NCBI GenBank assembly: GCA_963713605.1 | Contig: CAVQMO010000010.1 | Location: 608,001 to 672,000, forward strand | From: an uncultured Nitrososphaerales archaeon | GTDB taxonomy: Archaea > Thermoproteota > Nitrososphaeria > Nitrososphaerales > Nitrososphaeraceae | Length of the DNA: 64,000 nucleotides | Reading direction: 5' to 3' | In this document: piece by piece, positions 1 to 11,724 of the stretch | Layout of the letters: each line of letters starts with the position of its first letter | Position numbering within the stretch: position 1 is the first letter of the stretch | Made by a program: the position numbers and the translations under genes | The notes under the pieces: model-generated | The model's database searches: none | What the model was told of the DNA's origin: nothing | The model's input: only the letters and a program-made list of their open reading frames with translations

Positions 1-1188
1 TTCCCAATTCGTTTAATACAGTGGTGGATAAGTCAAATCTTTTTAGAAGCTCTGACTTGGCCTCCTGCATATCTCTGCAAAAGGCATGACAATCAGGCAT
101 GCTGAATGCTCTCAATCTTTTCAACCCAACAAGCTCCCCGGTCTTTTCTCTTCGGAAACTATATCTAGTAAGTTCATAAAGTCGAAGAGGCAGATTCTTG
201 TAAGAGATCAATAAATCTTTTGCCATCAGAAATTGGCCAAAACAAGCTGCCAAATCTAAGGAAATAATGTTTCCCATGGTCTGTGGCGATGTTGTATTGT
301 CTAGCAGGAAATCGGTTAAAGTAACTCTCCAGTGATGGATGTTTCGAATCATACATTATAGGAGTTTCTATTTCTATTCCACCGTAGGCCGTCACCATTT
401 TGGTAACGTACTGTTCTATAAGTGACTTGATCAAGCGACCCTTGGGATAAAACCGCATATTTCCCGAATCTGATGCTGGTTCATAATCAGCTATACCTAA
501 TTTCCGCATCAATTTAACGTGAGGCGGAATTTCATCGACAGTTCTCCTCTTCTCGATCTCATATCTTATCAGACTCTTAAGATTGATTTGCTTGTTCGAA
601 TATTGATATTCGTTTAAGGGTATCATTTCCCCATCTGGTTTCATTACAAACCATTGTGATCGCAATGAATCTTCTGCGCTAAGCGCACTGGAGAAAGCAG
701 TCCCAGCATTAATGAGCGCTGTCTTTGATAGGGAACTACCCTCTTCATCCGAATACTTGGCAATAGAGCTCTTATCATAGATTCTAAAATTTTCAGCTAA
801 AGGATGAGCCTTCACCTTCACTGAAAATGACTTCGTCCATCCGAAAGGTGCCCTCCTGACTTCAATATCTTCTTTCCTGGTTTCTTCTTTCATTAAGTTC
901 ATAATCTCTAAAGCTTGCTGTGGCGATGCAAGATTAGAGCTCAAATGAGAATAGGGGTAAATTAGTAGCTTATTGTTCTTGATCCTCCGCATATACTCCT
1001 TGATATCCTGCGCTGCCAGCTTTGACTATGGCTAATTCATCGCCCTCTTCTACTGCTACAAGTATAACAACTAGGTCTTGAAGTCTAACTTCCTCTCGCG
1101 ATACGTCCTGATCGGCGTATATTTCTTGTATCTCTCTTGCAACAGGTTCGTACTCGAAGAATTCAGCGTGAAGTTGAAGTACTCGCAT
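1..1188 (-). CDS. thrS: Threonyl-tRNA synthetase (archaeal type with N-terminal editing domain), 3' end beyond window; frameshifted
   Basis: ORFs 970..1188 and 174..992 join: MRVLQLH start, [11 protein letters not shown] and [17 protein letters not shown] editing-domain motifs, then [12 protein letters not shown] and ETPIMYD of the class II catalytic core. Confidence 0.93.
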
Positions 1189-1308
1189 TCTATGGAAGTT
1201 AGTAGGAATAATCGGATGATTAAAGGGTTTTGAACCGTAGAGCAGTTGCTATTGGGGCAGGAGAGTCAAGAAATGAACTGCTCACACTTTTTCGACATTA
1301 AAACCATG

Positions 1309-1518
1309 CTAGTCCCATCGCGCTCGTTCATTTTCCCGATCTTCTTTGGTAGCCTTTTTCCAATCTTTATAATGTTGTCTACAAAGGTAAATCCGTTTGC
1401 TGGAAGAATCGACCAATAGATCAATGGCCATCGCGGCTTTGCTTCCACTCATGGACCTAAGGGCTATCTGGCCACATCCTTGTACACTACACGTAACTCC
1501 TTTATCCACTTTACCCAT
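1309..1518 (-). CDS. Small conserved hypothetical protein, probable zinc-binding (C-x4-C ... C-x2-H)
   Basis: MGKVDKGVTCSVQGC...IYLCRQHYKDWKK; ATG at 1518 preferred over the longer ORF. Confidence 0.65.
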   Translation of the reverse strand: MGKVDKGVTCSVQGCGQIALRSMSGSKAAMAIDLLVDSSSKRIYLCRQHYKDWKKATKEDRENERARWD

Positions 1519-1804
1519 AATAGTGTAAAATGAAGAGGCGGTGGTATAAAACTTTGATCGGCTATTAATAGCCTCATCAGCAGTTGGTAAGCTTACCAAC
1601 ATAGTATCGTAGTACACGCTAAATATTTATCCCTGGAAATATGAATTAATTCTCGATTAGAAATTTCTAGAAGAATACTCATTTATTATTCCGGACAGTT
1701 ATATTAGATAAAATAATTGCATACTTATCTTCGATTCACACTAACTTAAGGTTTAGTATAGGTTATAGTTCTTTATAAATACTTAATGTTCCAGCGGTTT
1801 GTGA

Positions 1805-4800
1805 ATGAGATCTATTAACGCGTTGTTATCATCGTTAACGATTAAACTATCTAATCTGAATGATAGTAACAATTTTAGAAAAATGGGTGTTACTTTTACA
1901 ATATCCCTGATATTGCTATCAATGGTTTCGGCGTCCGATCTCGCCGGTGCTCAATTAATATCTTCTCAAGACCACTCGAATGTATTGATAGATACTTCAA
2001 AAATACATGACAAAACAATCAATCCAAAAACGGAGTGCAATGAACCAATAGGTATCAGAGAGGTATCGAGCAGACAGCATCGATAATAACATGAATGCTC
2101 AGTCAGCATTCGATAATGATGAGGGTACAGAATGGACTGAGGATAGAGTAGGTGCATACTTAGAATTCGACATTGGAGCAATTAGATCGATTTGTGATAT
2201 TAAGATCCTTTGGGACGAAGGCGATGAAAGATCGTACAATTTTGTAGTTTCAGTATCCGAAAATGGTACTAAATTTAAGGATCGAATAAGAGTCTATAAG
2301 TAGTGGAAATTCAGGCCTCCCAGAATCATACCCAATTCCAGATACGATGGCTAAGCAGATTCGACTTACAGTTTATGGAAACAGTGAAGATGAAACTGCA
2401 GCCATTAAAGAAATAAGTGTGAATGGAAGAGACGTAAGGAAGGTAGGGCAAGAGTACAAAATTTGTAAAATGCTTCCAATAGCTAAGTTCGTGGCCACTC
2501 CTAGCCAATCAGGAGATCCTCCAGAAAATGCAGCTGATGGAGATTATACGACAACTTGGTCAAACTTGGGGGAAGGTTCATTTATACAGGCAGATCTAGG
2601 TGCAATGAAATCTGTCTGCGGTGTAAGTATCGCCTGGTATAATGGAGAGAGTAGACAATATGAGTTTGAAATTTCAGTCTCTAAAGATGGAATCAACTTT
2701 GACCAGGTTTACGAAGGATTAAGCAGTGGCAAATCCATTCGGCCTCAATACTATGCTTTTTCAGATACAGATGCTAAACATGTAAGAATTACTGTGTTCG
2801 GTAACGACAAGAATAATTGGTCAGGTATTACTGAATTGTCTATAAAAGGGTTCACTCCCCCGGTACCACCCAATAAGCCTCCAGTTGCCGACTCAAAAAG
2901 TGTTTCAACCGACATGAATGTTCCTATACCGATCAAGTTATCTGGTTCAGATCCAGAAGGCTCTAAATTGACCTTCAGCATAGTCGATCTTCCTAAACAT
3001 GGTCAATTATCGTCCGTGTCAGGTGACACTGTAAAGTATACCCCAGATAAGGAATATTCAGGCTCTGATAGTTTTACATACACAGTCAAAGATAATAAAG
3101 GTACGACTAGTAGCAAAACGTTAGTTAGTATAAATATTAATAATAAGCCTCCAGTTGCCGACTCAAAAAGTGTTTCAACCGACATGAATGTTCCTATACC
3201 GATCAAGTTATCTGGTTCAGATCCAGAAGGCTCTAAATTGACCTTCAGCATAGTCGATCTTCCTAAACATGGTCAATTATCGTCCGTGTCAGGTGACACT
3301 GTAAAGTATACCCCAGATAAGGAATATTCAGGCTCTGATAGTTTTACATACACAGTCAAAGATAATAAAGGTACGACTAGTGCCAAATCAACTGTTACTA
3401 TTGATATTAAGGAAGTGCTTGAATGTAGGACGCTTAATCCAACAGTGGTAACAGCAATAGGAAGTGATGCTAATGTTCCATCCAATGTAATAGACAAGAA
3501 TCTCAACACAAGGTGGTCTAAGGACGGAACAGGCTCTTGGATTCAATTTGATTTAGGTTCAAAAGCTAAAATTTGTAGCGTCGATATTGCATGGTATAGA
3601 GGGGACGTGAGGCAAAATGCTTTCACGATATCTGTCTCTGATGATGGATCCATCTTTAAGGAAGTATTTGAGGGAAAAAGCATCAGTAGGGCCACAAGTT
3701 TTGAGAAATACAATTTACCTTCAAGCAGTGAAGGACAGTTTGTAAGAATTACCGTAAATGGTAATTCTGAGAATAACTGGGTTAGTATATCGGAGATAGC
3801 AATGTTTGGAGCCAGAAGTGAACCGGAACCTGCGTCAACCTCCATCACCACCTCCAAGTCAACCTCCATCACCACCTCCAAGTCAACCTCCATCACCACC
3901 TCCAAGTCAACCTCCATCACCACCTCCAAGTCAACCTCCATCACCACCTCCAAGTCAACCTCCATCACCACCTCCAAGTCAACCTCCATCACCACCTCCA
4001 AGTCAACCTCCATCACCACCTCCAAGTCAACCTCCATCACCACCTCCAAGTCAACCTCCTCCAACCGGCGGAGACGCGGGTGGCCTTGACAAATTTGGAA
4101 TAAAGAAGATCTATTCCTCTAAGCCGAACGGTGAGCAATGGATCATGAATATGCAAGACCCACAAAATGATCCTAGGTCAAAACCTCCCGAAATGACCAA
4201 GAATGCTGATGGTTCGTGGAGAATCACTAGTGGCCAAGTGAGATACGGGGTATATACTTCATCAGGATATCATCCAGATCAAGTTGTCAAAGATCATTCA
4301 GTTTTGGCAACAAGAGGATATATGCAATCTCCAAATGATTGGAAGAATATCGAGATGACAGGACAGGTCAAGTACAATTCAGGCGGTGACGATGAATGGA
4401 CATGGTACGCAAGAGGAGGAAGACACACGGGAAGCGGAAACCCGGAAGGCTGCGAGGGTGTAGCATACAAAGGTTCATTAGCATACACTGGTGGACAGGT
4501 GAGATGGGCCAAAGAACAGTGGCATGTAAGCTACGTTTACCAACCTTGGAAAGATTCACCTGCAGATGGTAACGGAAAATTTGTCGGGTTCAAAGTGGTC
4601 ATGTATAATATGCAATTGAATGGAAAAACGGTCGTAAAACTCGAAACATATGTTGACCCTAATAACAACAATCAGTGGCAGAAGGTGTATGATTTTATAG
4701 ATCAGGGAGGATGGGGAAATGAAGGAGGAGAATGTAACGGAGAGCCTGATCAGATCGTTACCTGGGGCGGTCCAGCGAGCATCATTTAGATGGGATGATG

Positions 4801-4859
4801 GGAATAGCATAGACATAAAGAACTTGAGTGTTAGGGAGATCGTTCCTCCGGTAAAGTAA
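1805..4859 (+). CDS. Large secreted/surface protein: F5/8 type C (discoidin) domains, two Ig/cadherin-like (Big_9-like) repeats, Pro-rich linker, C-terminal beta-rich domain; frameshifted
   Basis: N-terminal hydrophobic stretch; three discoidin-like units (AFDND..TEW, WIQFDLG..SVDIAWY..F.ISVS.DG); NKPPVADSKSVST...GSDSFTYTVKD repeats; fragments 1805..2086, 2091..2303, 2347..~3830, 3806..4789 and tail ending ..LSVREIVPPVK* at 4859. Confidence 0.8.
2872..3381 (+). repeat. Exact 240-bp internal duplication (2872..3111 = 3142..3381, period 270 bp) encoding two Ig-like repeats
   Basis: Direct sequence comparison. Confidence 0.93.
3834..4059 (+). repeat. 24-bp tandem repeat x9 plus partial (GTCAACCTCCATCACCACCTCCAA), encoding (PPSPPPSQ)n linker
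   Basis: Perfect tandem units; Pro-rich frame is continuous with the downstream domain. Confidence 0.95.
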
Positions 4860-5157
4860 CGGTAGTAGTAATCAGAATATAATAATATTCGAAATGATGA
4901 AAAAGAAGCCAAGGAGGAACAGTTTTTTATTCATTGGATCAACGGGGGTTCTTGGAAGATACGGAATACATTAAATCAGAATCGCTAACCAAACGAAATC
5001 GCTAGCGTATAAGGTTCATACGTTTAACGTTCGTTCATAAAATTCTCTCAAAGATTAGAATCCTCTTGTTCTTGGATGTTACTGTAATATGCAAGAAAAG
5101 AAAAACAACTACACTTATCAATAAAGCATATCACTATCCGCCATAATCAAATTATAT

Positions 5158-6162
5158 CTAGGTGTTTGATTTTGTTACAATATCTTGTTCGGCGGGAAGC
5201 ACCCTCTGATCTGCGGCCGCCCGAATGACTATCTCTTCATAATACCTAATTACAGTAATTTCCTTAATTTCAGGCACCTTCACCTTTTTGTGCTCAACCA
5301 TATCTATTAGCATCATTGGAAAGTTTGCACCCGCCAGTGTTGTAAAAATTGTTCCGCCACCCATTCTCGGATTAATTTCTACGAGCTTCACAATCCCATT
5401 CACATCCTCTTTCATTTGAATGCAACAAGGACCTCTGATCCCTATAAAATCGGCTATTTGCTTACATTCTTCTTCGATTTTCCTATTTTTCAAGATCCTT
5501 CCCTTTGTGGATATTCCTGCTTTAGTTTGGATTCTTATTCTAGGAACAGCCATCATTGCTCTCTTATCTAAATCAGATAAGACATCTATAGTATATTCCG
5601 TACCAGGAAGAAATTCCTGAAATATCAAATCTTTCATCTTGGAAGTGACATACCCTATATCATCACTGTTGTCTAGTCGCATAATATCTCTACTACCTTT
5701 TCCATATCTCGGTTTTGCCATGATAGGAAAAGCACCAATCTCGGTCGGATCTGTGGTAGTAAAAGGAAGGTCGAATTTGCCTTTTAGTCTCTCATACGTT
5801 AGCATCTTATCCTTACATGTTACAAGGCTATCCATGTCGCTGACCACAGGAAACGCTCCTCTTTTTATCAACTGTTCTTTAAATTCACTATATGGATAAA
5901 TATCAAATCCTGATGTAGGTAATAGTAAGTTAACTCCGTACTTCTCGACTATCTCATTTAGCCTATCTATAAAAGAATGATTGTCAGCCTCAGGTATCAC
6001 CTCGTTAACTTCACACATGAAAAAACCTGGGGACAGATAACTTGAATCAGTGGCTACTATTTTCCCCTGAAAGCCCCCCATTCTCAGCGATTTTATTGCA
6101 TTGATGCCCGCAGGAGCAGCTGCTCCAGGAACTAAAATCGTGGACACCTTTTTATTCGACAA
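5158..6162 (-). CDS. ATP-grasp domain protein (CarB-like small family)
   Basis: KPRYGKGSRD, IFQEFLPGTEYTIDV, EINPRMGGG motifs. Confidence 0.88.
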   Translation of the reverse strand: MSNKKVSTILVPGAAAPAGINAIKSLRMGGFQGKIVATDSSYLSPGFFMCEVNEVIPEADNHSFIDRLNEIVEKYGVNLLLPTSGFDIYPYSEFKEQLIKRGAFPVVSDMDSLVTCKDKMLTYERLKGKFDLPFTTTDPTEIGAFPIMAKPRYGKGSRDIMRLDNSDDIGYVTSKMKDLIFQEFLPGTEYTIDVLSDLDKRAMMAVPRIRIQTKAGISTKGRILKNRKIEEECKQIADFIGIRGPCCIQMKEDVNGIVKLVEINPRMGGGTIFTTLAGANFPMMLIDMVEHKKVKVPEIKEITVIRYYEEIVIRAAADQRVLPAEQDIVTKSNT

Positions 6163-6261
6163 ATGGACAACCAGGGCTGTCTAAATGACATTCATTTGCT
6201 TCTTATAAAGATTTGGAGCGCTCGAAAGGCATTAATAAAAATCTAGCGAATGTAATTTGGA

Positions 6262-6891
6262 TTGTTAAATATTAAGGAAGACTTTCACGTCCATACAAGT
6301 TATAACGATCATTCTGCCCCTGATCTGAATGTTGTATCAGCTGCTAAGTATGCTGAATCAATTGGCTTAAGGACGCTGGCATTCACAGAACATGTCAGGA
6401 GAGAATCGAATTGGATCGATAGCTATGTGAATGAAATTGAAACGAACAATACTAAACCCAATCTAAAATTAATCACAGGTTTTGAAGCAAAGATTCTTAG
6501 AGACGGATCGATTGACTGTCCTCCGAAGTATAGCGCAGATTACTTTGTTATTGCTAGTTTCCATACCATTTACGGTAACAAAGAAATTTGGATGAATGCC
6601 ATTAAAAATGCAATTCAGAATCCTGACGTTGATGTGATTGGACATTTGGCTCCAGAACCGACTTTTAGTTTGGATAAAGACGAATTAATAGAAATATGCC
6701 AGCTACTCAAAGACCATGGTAAAATAGTTGAATTAAATGCGAAATATAATAGACCCCCTATGGACTGGGTCCTCAAATTCAAAAAATACAATGTAGAGTT
6801 TCATCTAGGTAGCGATGCTCATTCATTGAACGAAATTGGAGAATTTAATAGAATTCTTAAATTAGTTGAGGCTGTTGGTGCTAACTCCTAG
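6262..6891 (+). CDS. PHP-domain phosphoesterase
   Basis: DFHVHT, FTEH, ASFH, IGH and GSDAH metal-binding motifs. Confidence 0.88.
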   Translation: MLNIKEDFHVHTSYNDHSAPDLNVVSAAKYAESIGLRTLAFTEHVRRESNWIDSYVNEIETNNTKPNLKLITGFEAKILRDGSIDCPPKYSADYFVIASFHTIYGNKEIWMNAIKNAIQNPDVDVIGHLAPEPTFSLDKDELIEICQLLKDHGKIVELNAKYNRPPMDWVLKFKKYNVEFHLGSDAHSLNEIGEFNRILKLVEAVGANS

Positions 6892-7029
6892 ATAATCGTT
6901 ATTCAATGAGAAAAAGCTGTAGTGTTTAACTTGCAGAGGATGATGTCTATTCTCCATAAAGCGGCATACTAAATGACAAATCCTGGAAATTTATATAGTG
7001 GAGCTTAGTTGATAGTCTGTTAATACTCA

Positions 7030-8716
7030 ATGTGTGCTGAAGCATCTCTAGGTCCAACCACACAATGCATCAGATCCCTTTTTTCTCAATATGAAAGAGT
7101 TAACAACTCCATACTTTCAGATTATATTTCGTCCATTCCCGAAAGCTTGTCCGATGCAGTTAAAAGGGTACGAGAGCATTTAACAGTTACTAATACAGAG
7201 GATATTTTATCTAACCGCCGAAAGCTGGCTAAGCATATCGCTGCCTTTCATGGCCAAGCTGGTACTGATTTTCCAGCCGTAGACCAAAACAGAATGAATA
7301 TTCAAGATCCATCAGCACAGATTTTAGTATCGATACATCAACCAAATCTTTTTGCTTATGGTGGAGTATTTAAGAAGATAGTTCTTCTGCAAACTATCAA
7401 ATCGATGCTTGAAAAAGGGAATGGTGCATCGGATACCAAAACCAGATTCGTCAATTTGTTTTTGATAGTTGATCATGATTTTATGGATGACGTATGGGTA
7501 AGAGTCGCTCAGCTGCCAAGCGTAAGACATTCGGATGGTGTTCTAGAGCTAAGAATGCCTATCACAGCTTCGAACAGATGGAAATTGGTTCGAAATATGG
7601 AAGTTCCCCCTGTAGCAATCGTTGACCATTGGAGAAAACAGGTGGCCTCTTGGATTAAGAATGGATCCCTTACTTTAGGTCTTGAGAAAGATGAAAGACT
7701 AGCACTTTTTGGGAACTTGGAACAATTTTGGAAAGAAGTGGACGAATCATACAATAGGGCAAGATCGTATGCCGATCTCAATTCTTTCATTATGTCAAGA
7801 GTGGTCAATAAGTTGTGGGGATACAACACATTATTCGTCCGATTATCAGATATTTCAGAAGTTTTCGAAGGAGGGTTTAATTTTCTGCTCAATAATTTTA
7901 GAAAATATTCAGAAATATTGAGTGAGAGTGATATGATGTTTCTGCGTAGTGGTATTAATACGGGTGTTAGTCAACGAACTTATCTTAATGCCCCAGTTTG
8001 GCTGCATTGTAAATGTGGAAGTAAGGCGTCGGTTAAATTGATTGAAACTGAAAGGGGTATCTTTGACTTGTCCGGAACCTGTATGTCGTGTAAGAGACCA
8101 CTTACCGTAAGGCTCGACGGATCTGACTCCCGCCGTATACCAAGTAGTATACTAAATGAACTGTCTCCGAGAGCTATCCCGATCCTCTTATTACTTTCCA
8201 GAGATTTAGGTCTATGCTGCCTACGCGTCCGGCACAGGTGGCAGCATGGGCTACACAATGGTTGGACGAATGGTATTCAAAGAATTTTCTATAAAGATGC
8301 CCGTCACTGTCGTTTGGGCATCAGAGGACGTCTACTCAGGACTGGGCCAAACAGAAGCACTCCAATCATTAAAATTTAAAAATTCATCAGAGGTTATCAA
8401 ATATGCTGAGCAACTTAGAAATCTTCTTTCCAACTTCAACGCAAAGATAGCCCCGTTGTTGTCTAAAAGAGCAGAGTTGACTAATGATGGACAGGACATC
8501 CAAGATACCCTAAACGAACTAGCTGTCTTGAAGCAAGAACAAAGGAATACAAGGCAGTTATTGAAAATTAGTGACAAAGTAATAAAAGCCTCTACCCTCA
8601 AGCCGTGTATAGTCGACTACGCAATAAATTTCGGATTAAAAGACACCGAAAATTTATGGAGAAATAAGCTGATTCAGAACGACGACCTGGCAGCGCCCAT
8701 TACGATGCTTAGATAG
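7030..8716 (+). CDS. BshC/WbqC-like protein with CxC...CxxC insert and coiled-coil C-terminus; frameshifted near 8230
   Basis: SIHQPNLFAYGGVFKKIV and downstream VDHDF match the layout of BshC (GQQ.GL..GP...K ... EDHD); ORFs 7030..8379 and 8246..8716 join. Confidence 0.55.
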
Positions 8717-8891
8717 CTTTTAGTAGGGACAGAGATCCAACAAATTGATCATATTTTTGGTTAATTTGCTTCAATGCACATTATTTATAGCAGACTCACA
8801 AACAGTCATACTAACATTTTTCGACATAAACACCGATATCAATGAAGGAATTGACTTCTCGACCAACTCATTAACTGCTTGAGGAAGGGGA

Positions 8892-10058
8892 TTGGAGAAA
8901 TTTTCAATGAAAAGAAATGCAACTGTATTAGTTACTGCCGCCGGTGGAATTGTAGGTCAAGGGATCATGAAGTCTCTACGATTAGCAACTAGTTCATCTT
9001 TTTCTCCAAATAGTTATCGAATCCTCGCTGTTGATTCCAGTCCTCTAGCTGCCGGTCTTTACAGATCGGATATCGGTCTAGTCGTCCCAAAGGCATCCGA
9101 TCCAGAGTATATTAATTCAATCATCACGCATCTAAAGAACTATTATGTTGATGCACTGTTCGTGGGCTCGGATGAAGAATTAATGGCTATCGCTACCGCA
9201 AAGAAGAGAATCGAAAGGGAATCTCCAGCCAAGGTGCTAGTCTCCGACGTGGATGTTATAAAAATTGCACGCGACAAATGGGAAACCTACAAGTTTCTGA
9301 AGACTAATAATCTGAGCTGTGCCGAGTCGTGTCTCCCTGAGGAAAAGGATGAATTTACTGAAGAGTTCGGATTCCCTCTGGTGGTCAAACCACGAGAGGG
9401 TTTCGGTTCAGTCAAATTCTATGTCACCAAATCTACTGATGAGTTGGAATATGCACTCACTCAAATTCAGGATTATGGTTGGAAGCCGATGCTTCAAGAA
9501 TATTTGCCAGGTCCAGATGACGAATTTACATCTGGAGTAACAGTTGACAAGAACGGCACATACACCATGTCATCTATCGCGATTAGGAAGTATTTGAAAG
9601 GCGGGCAAACTTACAAGGCGTTTATTGACGACTATCCAATAGTTAGTTTGTCAGCTGAAAATGTGGCAGAAAAATTAGGAGTGACAGGGGCAGTGAATAT
9701 ACAATCTAAGTATGTTCCAAATTATGAAACAACAAGTTCTTCAAAGACTGCTGTAGAATTTGAGCCCAGAAACCTTAATGAATCCATGCAAAATGGAAGA
9801 ATGAAGATATTTGAGATTAACCCCCGCTTCTCGGCTACATGTCCACTTCGTTCATATGCCGGCATTAATGAACCTGATATTGTATTTAGGAACGCCGTGT
9901 TCGATGAGAGAATAGAGAAAGTTAGCAATAGTAGGAGACTTGTCTGTATGAGGTATTGGAATGAAGTTTATGTGGATCTTGCCGCATATGAAAAATTGAA
10001 AAATGTTGGCTCGGTCAAAGAAGGATTAGAAAATTCTAGTATCCCTGATTACTTCTAG
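8892..10058 (+). CDS. ATP-grasp domain protein
   Basis: VLVTAAGG N-terminus, KPREGFGS, LQEYLPG..EFTSGV, FEINPRFS. Confidence 0.87.
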   Translation: MEKFSMKRNATVLVTAAGGIVGQGIMKSLRLATSSSFSPNSYRILAVDSSPLAAGLYRSDIGLVVPKASDPEYINSIITHLKNYYVDALFVGSDEELMAIATAKKRIERESPAKVLVSDVDVIKIARDKWETYKFLKTNNLSCAESCLPEEKDEFTEEFGFPLVVKPREGFGSVKFYVTKSTDELEYALTQIQDYGWKPMLQEYLPGPDDEFTSGVTVDKNGTYTMSSIAIRKYLKGGQTYKAFIDDYPIVSLSAENVAEKLGVTGAVNIQSKYVPNYETTSSSKTAVEFEPRNLNESMQNGRMKIFEINPRFSATCPLRSYAGINEPDIVFRNAVFDERIEKVSNSRRLVCMRYWNEVYVDLAAYEKLKNVGSVKEGLENSSIPDYF

Positions 10059-10220
10059 CTTCAAATGCTTAGCATGATTCAAAAGCACCGGTGACCACTC
10101 AGATTGTACTAAAAAATTTGAATTATTACTGTGATAGTAGGTTCCATAAGGAATGTCTTATTCATTAAATAAGTCAGACCTACGAGACAGAAAATCTTCC
10201 CTAATCCTATCCATTTGAGA

Positions 10221-11532
10221 TCAGGTGCTACTAATGCTGTCTTTGTGACTATTAATTACGGATGAGACGTAATCGATAGAACTAGTTCTTCCTGTCCTGC
10301 GACTAGGCTGTATGTTTGCAGTTTGTGATGCTCGTGATAATCTATATCTCTTGTATTCTTCATCTACTTCCATTGATGCCTTTAATATTCTGCTCCTCGT
10401 AGCAACAGATTTTGAAGATTGTAGAAACATTTTGGTATCTTTTGGCAGACAGTGTCCTCCTATGCCATCCCTGGGCTCGAGTATTTCTACATTCCATTTG
10501 GTATTTAGGGCTTCACGCAATTCTGGGAAGTTTATGCTATTAGCTTGACAGTAGAGGTAGATATCCTCTGCAAAGGCTATTTGAAGATATCTGTGTGCAT
10601 TTTCAGCTATCTTTGTTATTTCAGCAATTTCTACATCAGAAACAGGATGTAATGGTATTCCTAGATTAAGAGGAGTGTAATTGATGTCATTATTTTTGCC
10701 AGCTGAGGAATAGGAAGAAGAGAAGAAGAAGAAGAAGTAGAAGTAGAAGTAGAAGTAGAAGAAGTATTCATAGTTGTAGGGGAAGAAGGAGTAAAGGAAG
10801 AAGTAGTAATAGCATCGTCCATAGTCGAGGGAGTGATTTCGATGCTGGTATCGCCCATGAGGATGCTGTTATTGTTATTATCAATACCATGGCCATTACC
10901 AATACCATTACCATTGCCATTTGCCATTACCATTATTACCATTGCCAATATTGATTTTGTTGTTGTTGTTGCTGTTGCTGTTGTTTATGTCGTTGTTAAC
11001 ATTAATTTGGCCGTAGAACTGTACAGCTGCTTTAAGACAACAATCACACACTCCTCCAACTACACGCAACTGGTTAACTCCGTGTTCTTTTTCTTCTAAA
11101 GCATACCATCTATGAGGTATGTGTGCAACATGTAATCTATGGCTTAGCATCTCAAATACCTTCTTAGATGTTCCTCTTGGAATAGTGCTTTCTATTGAGA
11201 CAAGTGCACCATTTTTGGCTTCCTTTGCAATTTTCTCTTGTACAATAGAGAATAAACCATCTATCTGAGGCGTAAACATATCGTCTGGCATGTGTGTAGA
11301 GATGCAAATAATGTATACATCAAATTCACTGAAACTATCCGCTTTCTTTATAGCAGACTATCTTTTCTGCACGCTGCATTGCTTTTTGACTAATATCATA
11401 TCCGTATACATCAAATCCTCTCTCCTTCACATATTTGGCTACCGGAAGGCCAAGCTGGCCCAAACCTATTATAAGAACCTTGTCGGCTAAAGCATGAGTA
11501 TTCGCTCTTAGGTCAACTTCTGCGACCACCAT
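10221..11532 (-). CDS. Nucleotide-sugar dehydrogenase (UDP-ManNAc/UDP-glucose dehydrogenase family), with low-complexity insert, no evident C-terminal domain; frameshifted
   Basis: IIGLGQLGLP Rossmann motif, SIESTIPRGT, AEITKIAENAHRYLQIAFA and GIGGHCLPKD catalytic motif across fragments. Confidence 0.8.
10715..11000. repeat. Microsatellite-like low-complexity tract ((GAA)n, (GAAGTA)n, (TTG)n, (CCATTR)n) inside the dehydrogenase
   Basis: Visible short tandem repeats encoding Asn/Gly and Ser/Thr runs. Confidence 0.85.
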
Positions 11533-11724
11533 ATCAGACTACTCAACTGCCTATGATTATTAAAGAATTAAGAAACATTAGAAGTAAATTTAATCAGTGT
11601 CAAAACTTACCTTTTATTCATATATTTCAACGAAGCCACACGCTAGAATCAACGCCAATTTAGGTGAGAGGACACAATCCCAGGAAAATTTATACTGTCG
11701 GCAACTCTAAGAACTAGCTGCAGT

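Noticed and set aside
3543..4089. (STSITTSK)n mucin-like tail and reverse-strand (VDLEVVME)n ORF
   Set aside because: Alternative frames of the 24-bp repeat; only the Pro-rich frame continues into the downstream domain
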